Shown here piece after piece: positions 1 to 13,637 of a stretch of DNA of 64,000 nucleotides. Below the pieces are notes generated by a model that was given only the letters and a program-made list of their open reading frames with translations, was not told the DNA's origin and made no database searches. How positions within the stretch are numbered: position 1 is the first letter of the stretch; each line of letters starts with the position of its first letter. A program made the position numbers and the translations under genes. The stretch is from NCBI RefSeq assembly GCF_009914755.1, contig NC_060932.1; one strand, 5' to 3'. The stretch comes from the human T2T-CHM13v2.0 reference genome, Homo sapiens.

Positions 1-64
1 GGCCCACAGCTACAAAGGACAGTCTTAAGCAGAGATCTGTCGTCTCTCAAAAGTCAAACCTCTA

Positions 65-216
65 GGCTAGGGGAGGGATAGCATTAGGAGAAATACCTAA
101 CATAGATGACGGGTTGCTGGGTGCAGCAAACCACCATGGCACATGTATACCTATGTAACAAACCTGCACATTCTGCACATGTATCCCAGAACTTAAAGTA
201 TATTTTAAAAAAAAAG
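65..216 (+). mobile_element. 5'-truncated L1PA (L1PA7/8-like) 3' end
   Basis: L1 3'UTR (gggagggatagcattaggagaaatacctaa...acttaaagta) plus A tail; 15-bp TSD aaagtcaaacctcta at 50-64 and 217-231. Confidence 0.9.
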
Positions 217-254
217 AAAGTCAAACCTCTACTTGGTCATTGGATAAGTGAGGA

Positions 255-625
255 TAAGCTTAGTTGTCCTTACAGATAGCCACAAAGATTTAGGTGTCTA
301 AAGAACAAGGAGTTTATTCTTTTTCCTGTAACAGTCCAGGTACCCAGGCTGACAATGGCGCTGCCATCTTCAGAAAGTGGCTACCAAGGCCTCTCTGGGA
401 ATTGTCATCCAGTTAGCCATGAGAGGAAAGGAGCATAAAGGAACTCACCAGGGAGGTTTTTATGGGCCAGGCCTGACAGCTATACATATTACTTCCATTC
501 ACATTCTGCTAGACAGCACTTAGACACCTGGTTAAATCTCAATGTATAGAAGACTAGGAAATGTAATCTCACTGTGACCAGAGAAAGGGCAAATGGATTC
601 TGATGAATGCCTAGTGGTATTTACC
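255..625 (-). mobile_element. Old MaLR LTR fragment (MLT1J/K-like)
   Basis: Segment ...ttttatgggccaggcctg...acttccattcacattctg...actaggaaatgtaatct resembles recalled MLT1K; boundaries approximate. Confidence 0.5.
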
Positions 626-626
626 A

Positions 627-925
627 CAGCATTTTTCAATTACAGGTCACAACTCAGTGCATCATAAAATCAATCCAGGAAGTAGAAATTAGCAGAGCAG
701 AGAAGGGAAGAGAACAGAACTGAATGGAATGGGGAGGATGGAAGGGGAGGAACAGAAGGAGAAGAGAGCAAGGGCCTGGGTGGGGAGGGATCAGAGAATA
801 TTGCATGTGTAAGGGTAAGTACTGTTTAATGAAATGTGTGTATCAGTTTTGTGTATGTTAATAAGTTATAAGGCAAAATGAATTTCCTCCTGTGGGTCAC
901 AGTCAGAAATGTTTGAACGTCCACT
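627..925. mobile_element. hAT-Charlie-type DNA transposon fossil with internal purine-rich tract
   Basis: Ends ...ttcctcctgtgggtcacagtcagaaatgtttgaacgtccact and internal aagggtaagtactgttt resemble recalled Charlie/MER consensus. Confidence 0.5.
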
Positions 926-932
926 TGCTTAA

Positions 933-1282
933 TGTATTAGTCCATTTTCACACTGCCGATAAAGACATACCTGAGACTGGGCAATTTACAAAAAAAAAAG
1001 AGGTTTATTGGACTTATAGTTCCACGTGGCTGGGGAGACCTCACAATCATGGTGGAAGGTGAAAGGCACATTTCACATGGCAGCAGACAAGAGAAGAGAG
1101 CTTGTGAAGGGAAACTCTCCTGTTTAAAACCATCAGATCTTGTAAGATTCACTCACTATCATGAGAAGAGCACAGGAATGACTCACCCCTATAATTTAAT
1201 CACCTCCCACCAGCTTCCTCCCACGACAGGTGGGGATTGTGGAAGGTGCAATTCAAGATGAGATTTGGGTGGGGACACATCA
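933..1282 (-). mobile_element. THE1 (THE1B/C-like) solo LTR
   Basis: tgtattagtccattttcacactgc...gagatttgggtggggacaca; TG..CA ends; near-TSD cttaa/cttag. Confidence 0.9.
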
Positions 1283-1570
1283 CTTAGTCTCCGTCTCTTC
1301 TTAAGTTTGTTATTTAAAAATCTAGGAAAAATAAAAATAAAAAAATCCCAGAAAAATGTGGGGGTTTTTTCTTCCCTCAGCCTACTATTATAATATGTCT
1401 CATTGAACAACAAACTAACACTATTCATTATTCACTATAGGGTGGGATTCTGTCTTGGACACCACTGAGTGGGGGAAATACATTCCTTTATTCATCTATT
1501 TATCCATAACAAAACAGAACTAGATGTGGAGTTGGAAAACCTGGATTCAGATCCCTGCTGTTAGGCTACT

Positions 1571-1740
1571 TCATGTATTCATCCCCTTCACAAATACGTA
1601 TTGAGTACCCACCATGTGTTAGTCACCATGCTGGATGGTGGAGATAAAGCATTCAGCAAATAGTCAAGGTCTCTGACCTCACTTTTCTTTGGAGAGACAA
1701 ACAATAAACAAGGAAACAAACCAGGTAACTATAGATTATG
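1571..1740 (-). mobile_element. L2 3' fragment nested among MIR pieces (MIR ~1515-1570, 1745-1772, 2295-2370)
   Basis: caaatacgtattgagtacccaccatgtg L2 tail motif; MIR core resumes after the MLT2 LTR. Confidence 0.6.
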
Positions 1741-1772
1741 AAAGGCATATTCTCTTAACCTCTTAGGGCCTC

Positions 1773-2294
1773 TGTATTAGTCAGGGTTCTCTAGAGGAAC
1801 AGAACTAATGGAATAGATATAGAGATGATAGAGATAGAGATAGAGATATAAAGGGGAGTTTATTAAGTATTAACTCACATGATCACAAGGTCTCACAATA
1901 GGCTGTCTGTAGGCTGAGGAGCAAAGAGAGCCAGTCCGAGTCCCAAAATTGAAGAACTTGAGGTCTGATGTTCAAGGGCAGGAAGCATCCAGCACAGGAG
2001 AAAGATGTAGATTGGGAGGCTAGGCTAGTCTCTTTTTTCACATTTTTCTGCCTGCTTATATTCTAGCTGGGCAGGCAGTTGATTAGAAGATGCCCACCCA
2101 GATTAAGGGTGGGTCTGCCTTTCCCACCCTTAAATGTATTTCCCCTACTCAGTGGAGTCCAAGACAGAATCCCATCCTATAGCCCACTGACTCAAATGTT
2201 AATCTCCTTTGGTAACACCCTCACAGACACACCCAGGATCAATACTTTGTATCCTTCAATCCAATCAAGTTGACTGTCAGTATTAACCATCACA
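1773..2294 (-). mobile_element. MLT2A (HERV-L) solo LTR
   Basis: tgtattagtcagggttctctagagg...cagtattaaccatcaca; (GATAGA)n tract; TSD gcctc/acctc; 55-bp non-consensus insertion at 2127-2181. Confidence 0.9.
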
Positions 2295-2683
2295 ACCTCC
2301 ATTTTCAAACTTAGAAAATTAGTATTGTATAATCTATACCTCAAAGGTATGTGAGGGTGCTTTGTAAGTGTCTATACCTAGGTAAGGAATTACTTTACTT
2401 ATTCAACTATGATTTGCTAAATTCTGACCCCATGCCCAGGAGTGTTCCAGGACCACGGAATTTAGTTATTAAGAAATTAAACAACCTTGTTATGAAGCCG
2501 CCTCACCTGGTGTTAGGGATTGAATTGTATCTCCCAGAAAAGATATGTTGAAGCCACAATCCCAGGCACCTCAGAATAGGATCTTATTTAGAAATAGAGC
2601 CTTTGCAGATGTAGTCAAGATAAGGTCATTAGAGCAGACCTTAGTCCAATATAACAGGAGTCCTTATGATCAGGGGAAACTTT

Positions 2684-3140
2684 TGGGCTAAGGACATGCA
2701 TACACAATTCTCAAAAGAAGAAAGACAAATGGCCAAGAAACATCTAAAAAAAGGTTCAACATTACTAATTATCAGGGAAATGCAAATCAAACCCACAATG
2801 TGATACCATCTTACTCCTGCAAGAATGGCCGTAATTTAAAAATCACAAAAGAATAGATATTGGTATGGATGTGGTGAAAAGGGAACACTTTTACACTGCT
2901 GGTGGGAATGTAAACTAGTACAACCACTATGGAAAACAGTATGAAGACTCCTTAAAGGACTAAAAGTAGAATGACCATTTGATCCAGTGATCCCACTACT
3001 GGGTATCTACCCAGAGGAAAAGAAGTCATTATATGAAAAAGATACTTGCACATCCATGTTTATAGCAGCACAATCTGCAATTGCAAAAATATGGAACCAG
3101 CCTAAATGTCCATCAATCAATGAGTGGATAAAGAAAATGG

Positions 3141-3208
<68 letters not shown>

Positions 3209-3583
3209 CATGGAACACTACCCAACCATAAAAAGAAATGAAATAATGGCATTTGCAGCAACCTGGATGGAGTTGGAGACCATTATTCTAAGTGAAATAA
3301 CTCAGGAATGAAAAATCAAACATCGTATGTTCTCACTTGCATGTGGGAGCTAAGCTATAAGGACGCAAAGGTATAAGAATGACATAATGGACTCTGGGGA
3401 TTCAGGGGGAAGGATGGGAGGGGGATAAAAGATTACACATTGGGTACAGTGTACACTGCTCAGGTGATGGATGCACCAAAATCTCAGAAATCACTACTAA
3501 AGAACTTATCCATGTAACCGAACACCACCTGCTCCCCAAAAACTACTGAAATAAAAAGTAAAACTCAAACTGAAAAAAAGGAA
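2684..3583 (+). mobile_element. 5'-truncated L1PB-like element
   Basis: ORF2 C-terminus ([13 protein letters not shown]...) and L1PB-type 3'UTR; 12-bp TSD aggggaaacttt at 2672-2683 and 3584-3595. Confidence 0.9.
3146..3208. repeat. Compound (TA)n(CA)n microsatellite
   Basis: Read directly, inside the L1PB. Confidence 0.95.
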
Positions 3584-4899
3584 AGGGGAAACTTTGACAC
3601 TGGCATGCACACAGGAAGAATGTCATTTGAAGATGAAGGCAGAGATCAGGATGATACGTTTACAAGCCAAAGAACACAAAACCACCAGAAGCTATGAGAG
3701 GGGCATGACACTGATTCTCTCTCACAGCCCTTGGGAGGAACCAACGCTGCTGACACATTGATCTCGAACTTCCAGCCTCCAGAAACTGTGAGTGAATAAA
3801 CTTCTACCCTTTAAGGCATCCAGTTTGTAGTGCTTTGTTAAAACAGCCCTGGCAAACTAATATATCTGGATAGCAAGAGCCAGGACAGCAACAAAAAGAG
3901 TCTAGACAGCTCTGCAGCAGGACTTCAGGTCTTTTCTTGATGGATGGATTCTAGGGCTCGAGGCCATCTGCTGAATGCAGAAACTTTGAAAATGAGGGCT
4001 ATTTTCATTCAAATGCTCCTCATTTTCTTTTTTTCCTTTAGCATTAGGCTAGAATCAGAAGTCAGAAAGTGAATACAATGCCATTATTAACATCATCATT
4101 AACAACTCATTTATACAAATCTTAGAATTAGATTTTAATGTTTCCTTACACTGAGTGCCAGTGCTGACTACACCCAGTTAATTCAAGGCGACAAAACTGG
4201 TTAAGCCCATGCGTGATTTATTTTTACTCCTATAGAAAGTTGACACTTTATTCATTAAACTACTCCCTTTAACACATTTCTAAATCATTGCTTTCCACTC
4301 TGATCCGGTCTAGTTTTCATTTCTGAGTTTCAGCTGGAATGGCTTTCATAATTATTTCTTTTTTTACCTGACAAGGGAAGTTAAAACCTCCCCCTACTGA
4401 ACATTTAAAAGGGAAATTGGGGGTTTTTGTCAGGCTGTTTATCATATCTTACAAATACTCAAATCTATTTCCTTTGGAAAAGGTTTGTCTTTCTATGACA
4501 GGCATATAAAAAGGTTTTATTACAGTGCTCTATTCGCTGGAGCTGCTCTGCCGAAAGATAAAAAGGAATTCATTTTCTGGATTTTCCTTGAATGTCAGCT
4601 CTATAGTTTCTTTCTATTATCAGAGTTCTTAACTCAAGAAGAATGAAGGGGAAAGAGAATTCAAGCTGATATACAATATCAAGATCCATTATGGACTAAC
4701 ATGAAAATCAAAAATCCCAAAATAAAATCCAAATCTAAATGAAAGTGGTAAGTAAAAACAGGGAAAAAAAATCTCTGTAGGTTTAATAGCAAGCATGGAT
4801 TTACTTCAAACATGCAATGCTGCATGGTTCCCCAGATCTGAAAAATCTCCCCAGCATCATTTCCTAAGTACACCCCGATCTGTCAGCTATGGTATCAAG

Positions 4900-5065
4900 C
4901 AGCGCTTCTCAGGCTCTGCTATGTGTGTAAATCACCCAGGGATCTGGATAAAGCGCAGATCTGCATTCAGTAGGTGGGGTGGCGGGCAGCCTGAGCCTCT
5001 GCATTGCTAACGAGCTCCCTGGTGACACTGCTGCTGGTCAGGCACAATGCCCTGAGTGCCAGGGG
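4900..5065. mobile_element. MER5A-like hAT-Charlie MITE
   Basis: aatcacccagggatctg...gcagatctgcattcagtaggt...gcctgagcctctgcattgctaacgagctccctggtga. Confidence 0.7.
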
Positions 5066-6664
5066 ATAGAGCTTAAAAGGCCCAAGCAGCGTGTTCCAGG
5101 CCTGATTGGAAACATGAGCTCCACTCCAATCCTTGAGCTGGGTTTGTCGGAATAACAATCTGGATATTACATGAGAGTCTTGGATCCCACTAATTTGTAC
5201 CCACTCCTGGAATTCACCATTGTCTGGGCATGACGGATGGGTTGATGGAGAGTCCACATCAGATTCTGACCCCAGCCAGCCCCATAGACTCATGTCTGAG
5301 GCCTTCGGAGAAGGAAGGGTGCAGACAAGCTGGAAGAGCTGTACGCAGACGGGACTCTGGGAGACTCAGAGACCCATGCAGAGGAGAGCCATTGAGCGTA
5401 GCTGGCTTAGGATCTGGAAAAAAATGCAGAGGGGCCAGGACCAAGGCCACTGTTAGGGTTTGCAATGTGGGAAGCATCAGGAGACTATACAGTGGCAGCA
5501 ACGAGGTGCTCCTGTCAAACCACAGACATTGACAAGAATCCAAAACAGAAACAGAGGCAGTCCCAGAGACTCCCAGCAACAACTTGGAGATCTGAATGGG
5601 GCTGGAGATCATTCATTACACAGCTGCAGGAATGAGCAGAGAAACTTGACTTTCCCTATGCATGTAAACACAGGAGGCTTAAGGAAATTTGGATTACACT
5701 TCCTTCTAGTCACTGGGGGCTTAGGGCAATGAAACAAGGATGAGTCGTTGCAAGTCTATCTCTATGACCAGGAAAATAACTCCAACACAGTTAGTAAACC
5801 TTCAGACAGTAGGGTCACAGACCTCATTTCATAAGTCAGTGAGGTGGCCAATCCCACAGCACAATAACTAAGTATGATATAGGAATTTTAAAATAGAGGG
5901 GAAGTAAAGAGGAACCATCAGCTCAATATCTGTAGCATCAAATTTGGGGAGCAATGTAAGTTCAAGAGAAGTCCAACAAGGGATAAATTAAAATCTGCCC
6001 TCATTCTTCCTTGCTAAGCCAAAAACATGTTCCTTAAACTTCTGAGCCTGAACCTGGCCACATGTATGAGTTCAGGCCTGAGTCTAAGGTATGGGCATCT
6101 TTGCAGCCTTGAAACTTTACTTTAAGCAACTTCTATATTCTATTGGTTGTTGCTCCTGTTTTCTTACCTGAAAAAGAAGAAGAATTATATTGGCAGCAGA
6201 AACTGAGTGATAGAGAAAAACCTGAAATTGCCTTCTTCTATTTCTTTATTACAACAAACCAACCAACCGATGACACTGTCTGTCCATCCACCTTTATCCA
6301 CACCAACAACCAAAAGGCTTTCCACTCCATAGACCTGGAGGGCTGGGCTCTGGGCAGTGAGGTGCTCAGAGCAGCAACAGGCAGGACCTTGCCAAAGGTA
6401 ATGTGGGCATCAGTTGCTGTGGAAGGCAAGTCCCAACCTCAGTGCTATCCCTGGGTGGCACTATGGCTAAGAGAAATCACATGTTTTTGCATGGTCTGGA
6501 CATGCTCGTAACCAGTTATGTGAGACCCCAGGGTTGGCCTGTATGAAAACTTGCATGTGTCCCTTGCTAGTGTTTTTACTCACTCTGGTGGTCAGTTATA
6601 GCAGCTCAGGGCAAGTTGACGCTTCACCACCACCCCCAGCTCCATTCCACTGATTATATGACAT

Positions 6665-7115
6665 ATGCCTCAATTGCTTCTGCTGTCAAATGGGAATACA
6701 ATGGTACCAACCTCATTGTGTGGTTAAGAATATAAGTGAATAATGCATTTAAGAAACACAGTACAGTGCATGGCATATAGTAGATGCTCAGTAAATGTTT
6801 CCTGTTCTGCTGCTGCAGTTTTTGCCCTGTCTTCTACTGCTAAGAGACAGGGCAGCATAATGGTTAGAAGCATGGGCTAAGGCTTCAGACTGCCTCAGTT
6901 TGTAATCCTATCTCCACTGCTACTCAATGGCAAGCTATTCAACTTCTCTGTGCCTCAGTTTTCTTGCCTGAAAAATAGGGGTGATTATAAGAGTAACTAC
7001 CCACAAGGTATGAAAAGACGAAATAGTATAATCCATGGAAAGCATTTAGCATAGAGCACCTAACATACAGTAAGTGCTAGATAAGTTTGGGTGCAGTGTT
7101 ATTATTACTATTATT
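6665..7115 (+). mobile_element. Two tandem MIR SINEs (6665-6800, 6850-7115)
   Basis: MIR core aacttctctgtgcctcagttttctt...aaaatagggg and 3' ends ...gtaagtgct. Confidence 0.8.
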
Positions 7116-8453
7116 ACTTCTGACTGACACCTTTAAAGAGAAAGTCACTTCCATTTGAGCTTTGTACAATATGTTACAAACCAACACACTGGCACAAGCT
7201 CCTCTGTGCAACTCACTCCCACCTTGACACCATCTCCCTATTCAAATGATTTCTGAAAATGCAAGCAGCATTTTTAGAAATGCAATCCCAGTGGAGAAAA
7301 ACGTAAAGTCACTTTCTCAAACTGTACTTAAGCTCCTGCTCTTCCCCAGACAGAAAACAGTAGTCAAGAGAAGAGATGCAATTTTCCGAAGCCTTGATAA
7401 CATCTTTATTTAAACCTTGTCGACACTGTAAAATATTTTTGAGGATTTGGCTTTTTCCCACCTGCCAGCTCCTCACAGCTTGTCTGAGAAACAAAGACAT
7501 ACAGTTAGGTAAATGAAAGAATTTTAATCAAATGATTCTGTCTCTTTTGTTTTTTGGCATAAACAAAAATTCTTTTCCAGAACCCTCTAACAGGCTGTAA
7601 AGAAGCCTTCTTTGGGATTCCCTTTCAGTTGAAGCTGGCTTCTCCATGAAGGCTTGGAGGTCAGGGCAGGGGCTAAATAAGCCTCCAAAAAAATGAATCC
7701 GATGAACCTAGCCATCAGCACAGAACCTCAAGTCTGGCCTGAGCAGCTTGTCCCATTACAAGTTTGCAGCAATGACAAAAAGTAGGAGTGTTTCAAAAGA
7801 CCAAACTCATAACATAGCCAGCTTGAGGCCACATTTGTCTCTGCTTCCCTCTGCTCTTCTGTCACTCTCCCTCAATGCCTTTCGGAGACCTCACCTCCCA
7901 CCACACCCCAACCCTCAGCCTCCAATCCCCAGCATATACCCACACTCCATATCCCTAATATCCTCCAAATGTCCAGGACCCATGGTAGGGAACATCTGCC
8001 CTATCCTAGGCCTGGTTCTCTTCCCTTCCTTCATCAAATTTTCCCATGCCAAATCCTAAAAGTCAGCAGGTGCCTGCTCTCTTCTATTGAAAATGAGTTG
8101 AACTTACCTTACATGAAGGCAGGAAAGGCAATTGCTTATATGATATGATTTAAAGCACACCACCTAGAATGTTCTCTGCTCCCATACTAAAATTTTCCCC
8201 ATCCCTCTCCCACAGTGCCTTAAATACCACCTTTGGGAGGTTTTCTGCTTTGGGTTCAATCTTTACTGTTTCCACGGGTCCTCTGTTGAATTACAATGCA
8301 CCTGGGTTAGAACAACACATGAAGTCATAACCAGGAATAGAGAGCTCATGGAGAAGGAAACAAAAGACAAAGCAGTTGTGATAGAAAAGTAGGAAGGGAA
8401 AACTCAGTCTAGAGCACAGGAATTATTTTATTTAGAAAGAATAGATAAGGTCA

Positions 8454-8835
<382 letters not shown>

Positions 8836-9244
8836 TTAAAAAGAATTGGGAATAAATCTCACCCACTTCCTGGTTCTGCTCAGTTCCAGCACAGTGGTGG
8901 ATCTGAAGCGGAATAATAATTGGATAAACTAATCATCCTTTCACTGTGTCATCTGCTAATGTGTTACCTCCCACTGTCTTGCGTGTCTCATCAGCTTCTC
9001 CTTCTGCCCTACGCAGAAAACTTCTGCCTAGAACCAATCAGAATGTGCACTTTACTTTAAAAATGACATCAATACAGGAATAAGGTACTGCGACAAAACA
9101 GCAAGGGACACAATTTGGTGGGAGGTAAGGACTTTTCAACAGGCCTCTCAAATCACTACATTTTTGTGACAGTTTGTTTCATTATACATAAAACGGGGTT
9201 GGATAGTTTTATTCCATTTGTGTCCTATAGAGCCTAGTTACAGT

Positions 9245-9365
9245 CTCTTCATTCATTCATTCATTCATCAAATACGTACTGAGTACCCACCATATGCCAG
9301 GAACTGTTAGGCTCCAGAGATCCAAAATGAAAGCCCTATTCCTGACTTCACGAAACTCATGTGCT
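9245..9365 (-). mobile_element. L2 3' end fragment
   Basis: (tcat)n tail followed by caaatacgtactgagtacccaccatatgccagg. Confidence 0.7.
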
Positions 9366-9387
9366 GACCAACCAGCTCCCCCCACCC

Positions 9388-10170
9388 AAAAAAAGCTCAA
9401 CATCACTGATCATTAAAGAAATGCAAGTCAAAAAACCACAATGACATACCATCTTGCACCAGTCAGAATGGTTTGTTACTAAAAAGTCAAAAAATAACAA
9501 ATGCTAACAAGGTTGCAGAGAAAAAAGAATGCTTATACACTGCTGGTGGGAGTGTAAATTAATTCAACCATTGTGGAAAGCAGTGTGGCGATTCCTCAAA
9601 GAACTAAAAACAGAACTACCATTCGACCCAGCAATCCCACTACTGGGTATACACCCAAAGTAAAATAAATTGTTCTGCCATAAAGACACATGCATGCATA
9701 TGTTCACTGCAGCACTATTCAAAATAGCAAAGACATAGAATCAACCTAAATGTCCATCAACAGTAGACTGGATAAAGAAAATATGGTACATATACAACAT
9801 GGAATACTATGCAGCCATAAAAAAGAATGAAATCATGTCCTTTGCAGGAACATGGTTGGAGCTGGAGGCCATTGTCCTCAGCAAACTAACACAGGAACAA
9901 AAAAGCAAATACTGCATATTCTCACTTACAAGTGGGAGCTAAGTGATGAGAACACATGGACACACAGAGTCAAACAAAAGACACTGGGGCTTACCTCAGG
10001 GTGGAGGGTCACAGGAGGGAGAGGATCAGGAAAAATAACTGATGAGGACTAGGCTTAACATCTGAGTGACAAAATAATCTGTACAACAAACCCCATGACA
10101 CAAATTTATATAATAAATCTGCATATGTACCCCTGAACCTAAAATAAAAAATTAAAATTAAAAATTGAAA
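9388..10170 (+). mobile_element. 5'-truncated L1PA13-16-like element
   Basis: ORF2 C-terminus and 3'UTR ...aaataatctgtacaacaaaccccatgacac...tacccctgaacctaaaataaaa. Confidence 0.85.
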
Positions 10171-10199
10171 AAAAGTCTTAATAATTTTTTTTAAAACCC

Positions 10200-10350
10200 A
10201 CAGGTTTGGAGCATTTGCCAAATGCCATGGTGTAAATATCCTCACTATGGCCAATCTCAAGTTACCCATAGTTTAGCAACTGGCTAACATCACTCCTGAA
10301 CATGTAACAATCAACTCTCCCCAGTTGATACCAGCAGGCTCCAGTACAAA
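10200..10350. mobile_element. MER63-like hAT-Blackjack fragment
   Basis: gcatttgcca...catggtgtaaatatcctcactatggccaatctcaagttacc...gcaggctccagtac resembles recalled MER63. Confidence 0.5.
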
Positions 10351-11034
10351 CATAGTCAAGCAAGGGAGAGGGGGTAGCCATCAGAATACTGAAGCAGGCA
10401 CAGGGCTATGGAACCACGAAGGTAAGAGACAAAGTCTACCTACAGAGAGTCAAGGGAAACAGAAGAGAGAGAGATCATGAACTCCAGCCATTGAAGGAGA
10501 GAAATTAAATTTTTACAATGCCCCACAAGACTGTGAGCTGAGGGAAGACAGAGACTGCGGTTTCTTTTTTATTGTATCTTTCTGGTAATGTCTTTCAGTG
10601 GATTTCTCAGTGTATGACATAGATACACAGTACAGCCATTAACTGAGATTCTGAAGGACACAATTAACATAAGTAGCTTGTCCCTTTTTCCTGGTGGCTG
10701 TGCAGTGGTTTTCAGATTTTATAAAAGGAAATCTTGCCATTGCTAAGTGCACCCTGAAAACTCATTTTATTATTTTGACTTCAGTTTTAATTAACTGTAC
10801 ATATGGCTGCTCACTCATTAGGGTCACATGGCCCAGCTGGGGACAGAGCTTCCTGGCATCTGGGCTGAGCTAGCAGGTGCCTTTGGGATTTGGGTCTGTG
10901 ATGAGAGGTTGTGAAGGAGAAATTCCGGAAAGGTTACAAACTCAGGTGCCAAAAGCAACTGCACAGCTCTTCCAAAGTGAGAGCAAAGAAAAAACGGCTG
11001 TAGGAAAATGTTCCAAGGTAACAAATAAAATTCA

Positions 11035-11356
<322 letters not shown>

Positions 11357-11887
11357 CTATTCAAGCCCACTGGAGGTCTGGAGAGGGGCTAAAATGTCTG
11401 CAGACTTTTTAAGTTGGCAAGTTTCAAAATAAAAATTCAATGACATACTACTAAATCCAATAGCAGAAAATACCAGTGACCCAGAAAATATCACTCCACA
11501 AAAATGCACGTCAATCTAGCAACCACTTTCATCTGTGCTACAGCTAAATCTCACTTTTTTAATGCAAACCTCAAAGGACACTTAGCAGAAAACAGGTTTG
11601 TAACACTGGTAGACCATATGGCTTGCTGACTTCCAGAAAAGAGACTTCCTTTCTGGAAGGCTTATGTTTCCATATGATTATTTAAAATTGACTACTGAAG
11701 CCATGTCAAACAATGCCAAAAAAAAACCCAGCCTGCTTGATTATTGTAGATAAAAAAAATAATCTGTCAATCCATTATTAATATTGTGTAGAAAAACAGT
11801 CGATACACTAAAGTTTTAACTGGCTGCCTAAAGCACCTAGAATGAAGACACCACTTCAAAAGAAAGCCAGAAAGAAAGAGAAAGGAA

Positions 11888-12035
11888 ATGGTAACTGTGT
11901 GAGGTAATGAATGTTAATTAGCTTGATGCAGTCATTATTTCACAATGTATACATATATCAAAACATTGTTGTACACCTTAAATATACACCATTTTATTTG
12001 TCAATTAAACCTCAATAAAGATGAAAAAGAGAAAA
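11888..12035 (+). mobile_element. L1MA/L1MB 3' UTR fragment
   Basis: atggtaactgtgtgaggtaatg...ttatttgtcaattaaacctcaataaag. Confidence 0.7.
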
Positions 12036-12562
12036 AAAGGACCCACTCTAGAACAAACATAAGAATTACAAAATAAGAAAAATAAAGTAACTAGCAAAAG
12101 CCTCTAGCATCTTAAAACATCAATTATAAAAAGCCAGTTACTATCAAGTTTTCTTTGATTCCTTTATCGAAATGAATAATTCTTCACTAGTGGCCATCAA
12201 GCTCAGCCCTTCCCCTTTCAACAAAAATCTTTGTGCAAACTCTATTGAATTCAAATTTTCTACAACAAAAATACATCATCAGATTGCTCCAAGGGCCCTG
12301 ATGACATTTTCTTAGTAGCACAAGCACAGTGGTAACTAATATCTCATTTACTATATGTTGAGTATAAAAAGTCATTGGTCTGGAGACCCCCTAAAACACC
12401 AAATATTTTTCTAAAATCATTAGCATTTTCCCTATGAAATGAGAATATTATATATTGAACCATATTTGTTATTTGTATTCTAGCTACTTGAAAAAAGCAC
12501 CTGAGGTGGTTGAGACAATAAACATATATACTTCTCAATCATTAAAATATGGATAAAATATC

Positions 12563-12883
<321 letters not shown>

Positions 12884-13637
12884 TTATTATACTAGAAGCC
12901 CAGGCTAAGGGGAGTTACTATAAATGAGTCCTAAATCTTGTTTTAGATTTTTCAGTGGCAAACAGGAAATTTGGTGAACATTATAACTCTCACTTATTAA
13001 AACAGAAACAAAGCTTTTTCTTTTGTACTAAAATCTAAGAGAAAATTATTGTATGAATCCTTATATAAAGAACACTAAACAACAATAGGCAACTTTTAAG
13101 GCAATTTTAGGGAAGCAAACTTTTTTTCATATGAACATTTCATATAACCTCAAGGGGATCATATTAAATAATCATTTTATGAAGGTTGTTCTCCAGAGAA
13201 ATAAACTAATATAGTCCAGGTATGTGATTTTTCTGGAGCTGTAATTTGATGAGGAGATATAGCCTGGAAAATCTAAAAGATTAGATTATTAGAAGTTCTG
13301 TTAGATAACCTTAGTCAAGTATAAAACACTGTGGCTGTGTCTTTAACAGACAACTAAAGACTGAGCTCCCTTGAGTGTGTCTATTTTCTGGTCAACACCT
13401 AAAATCAGACCTGCATGCTTTTGATAACAGAAGTGCAAAGAGCCAGATGCCACTTGGTTAAGATAATCAAAAAGCAGCACAGTGGATCTCAATCATGATA
13501 CTTGCCCTGCCCAGAGCCCTTGCAGACATCTTTGCTGAAGGGGTTGTACCACATGTACCTAGCCAAAGCTAACTGGACAGGGGCAGTCACCTAACTTAAA
13601 GGCCAATAAGCCATAGGCCAATTAGGCCCATGATATG

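Larger units (their letters stand above)
2511..3864 (+). mobile_element. MLT1B/C MaLR solo LTR split by an L1PB insertion
   Basis: tgttagggattgaattgtatctccc... and ...cagccctggcaaactaatata; TSD cctgg/tctgg. Confidence 0.8.

Noticed and set aside
3961-3975. CTCF-like motif ggccatctgctga (also gtgccccctcaggc near 19860)
   Set aside because: Only partial matches to the core; expected by chance in 64 kb.
7309-7500. Minus-strand 63-aa ORF with acceptor-like tttgtttctcag
   Set aside because: No recognisable protein, weak donor and no partner exons.
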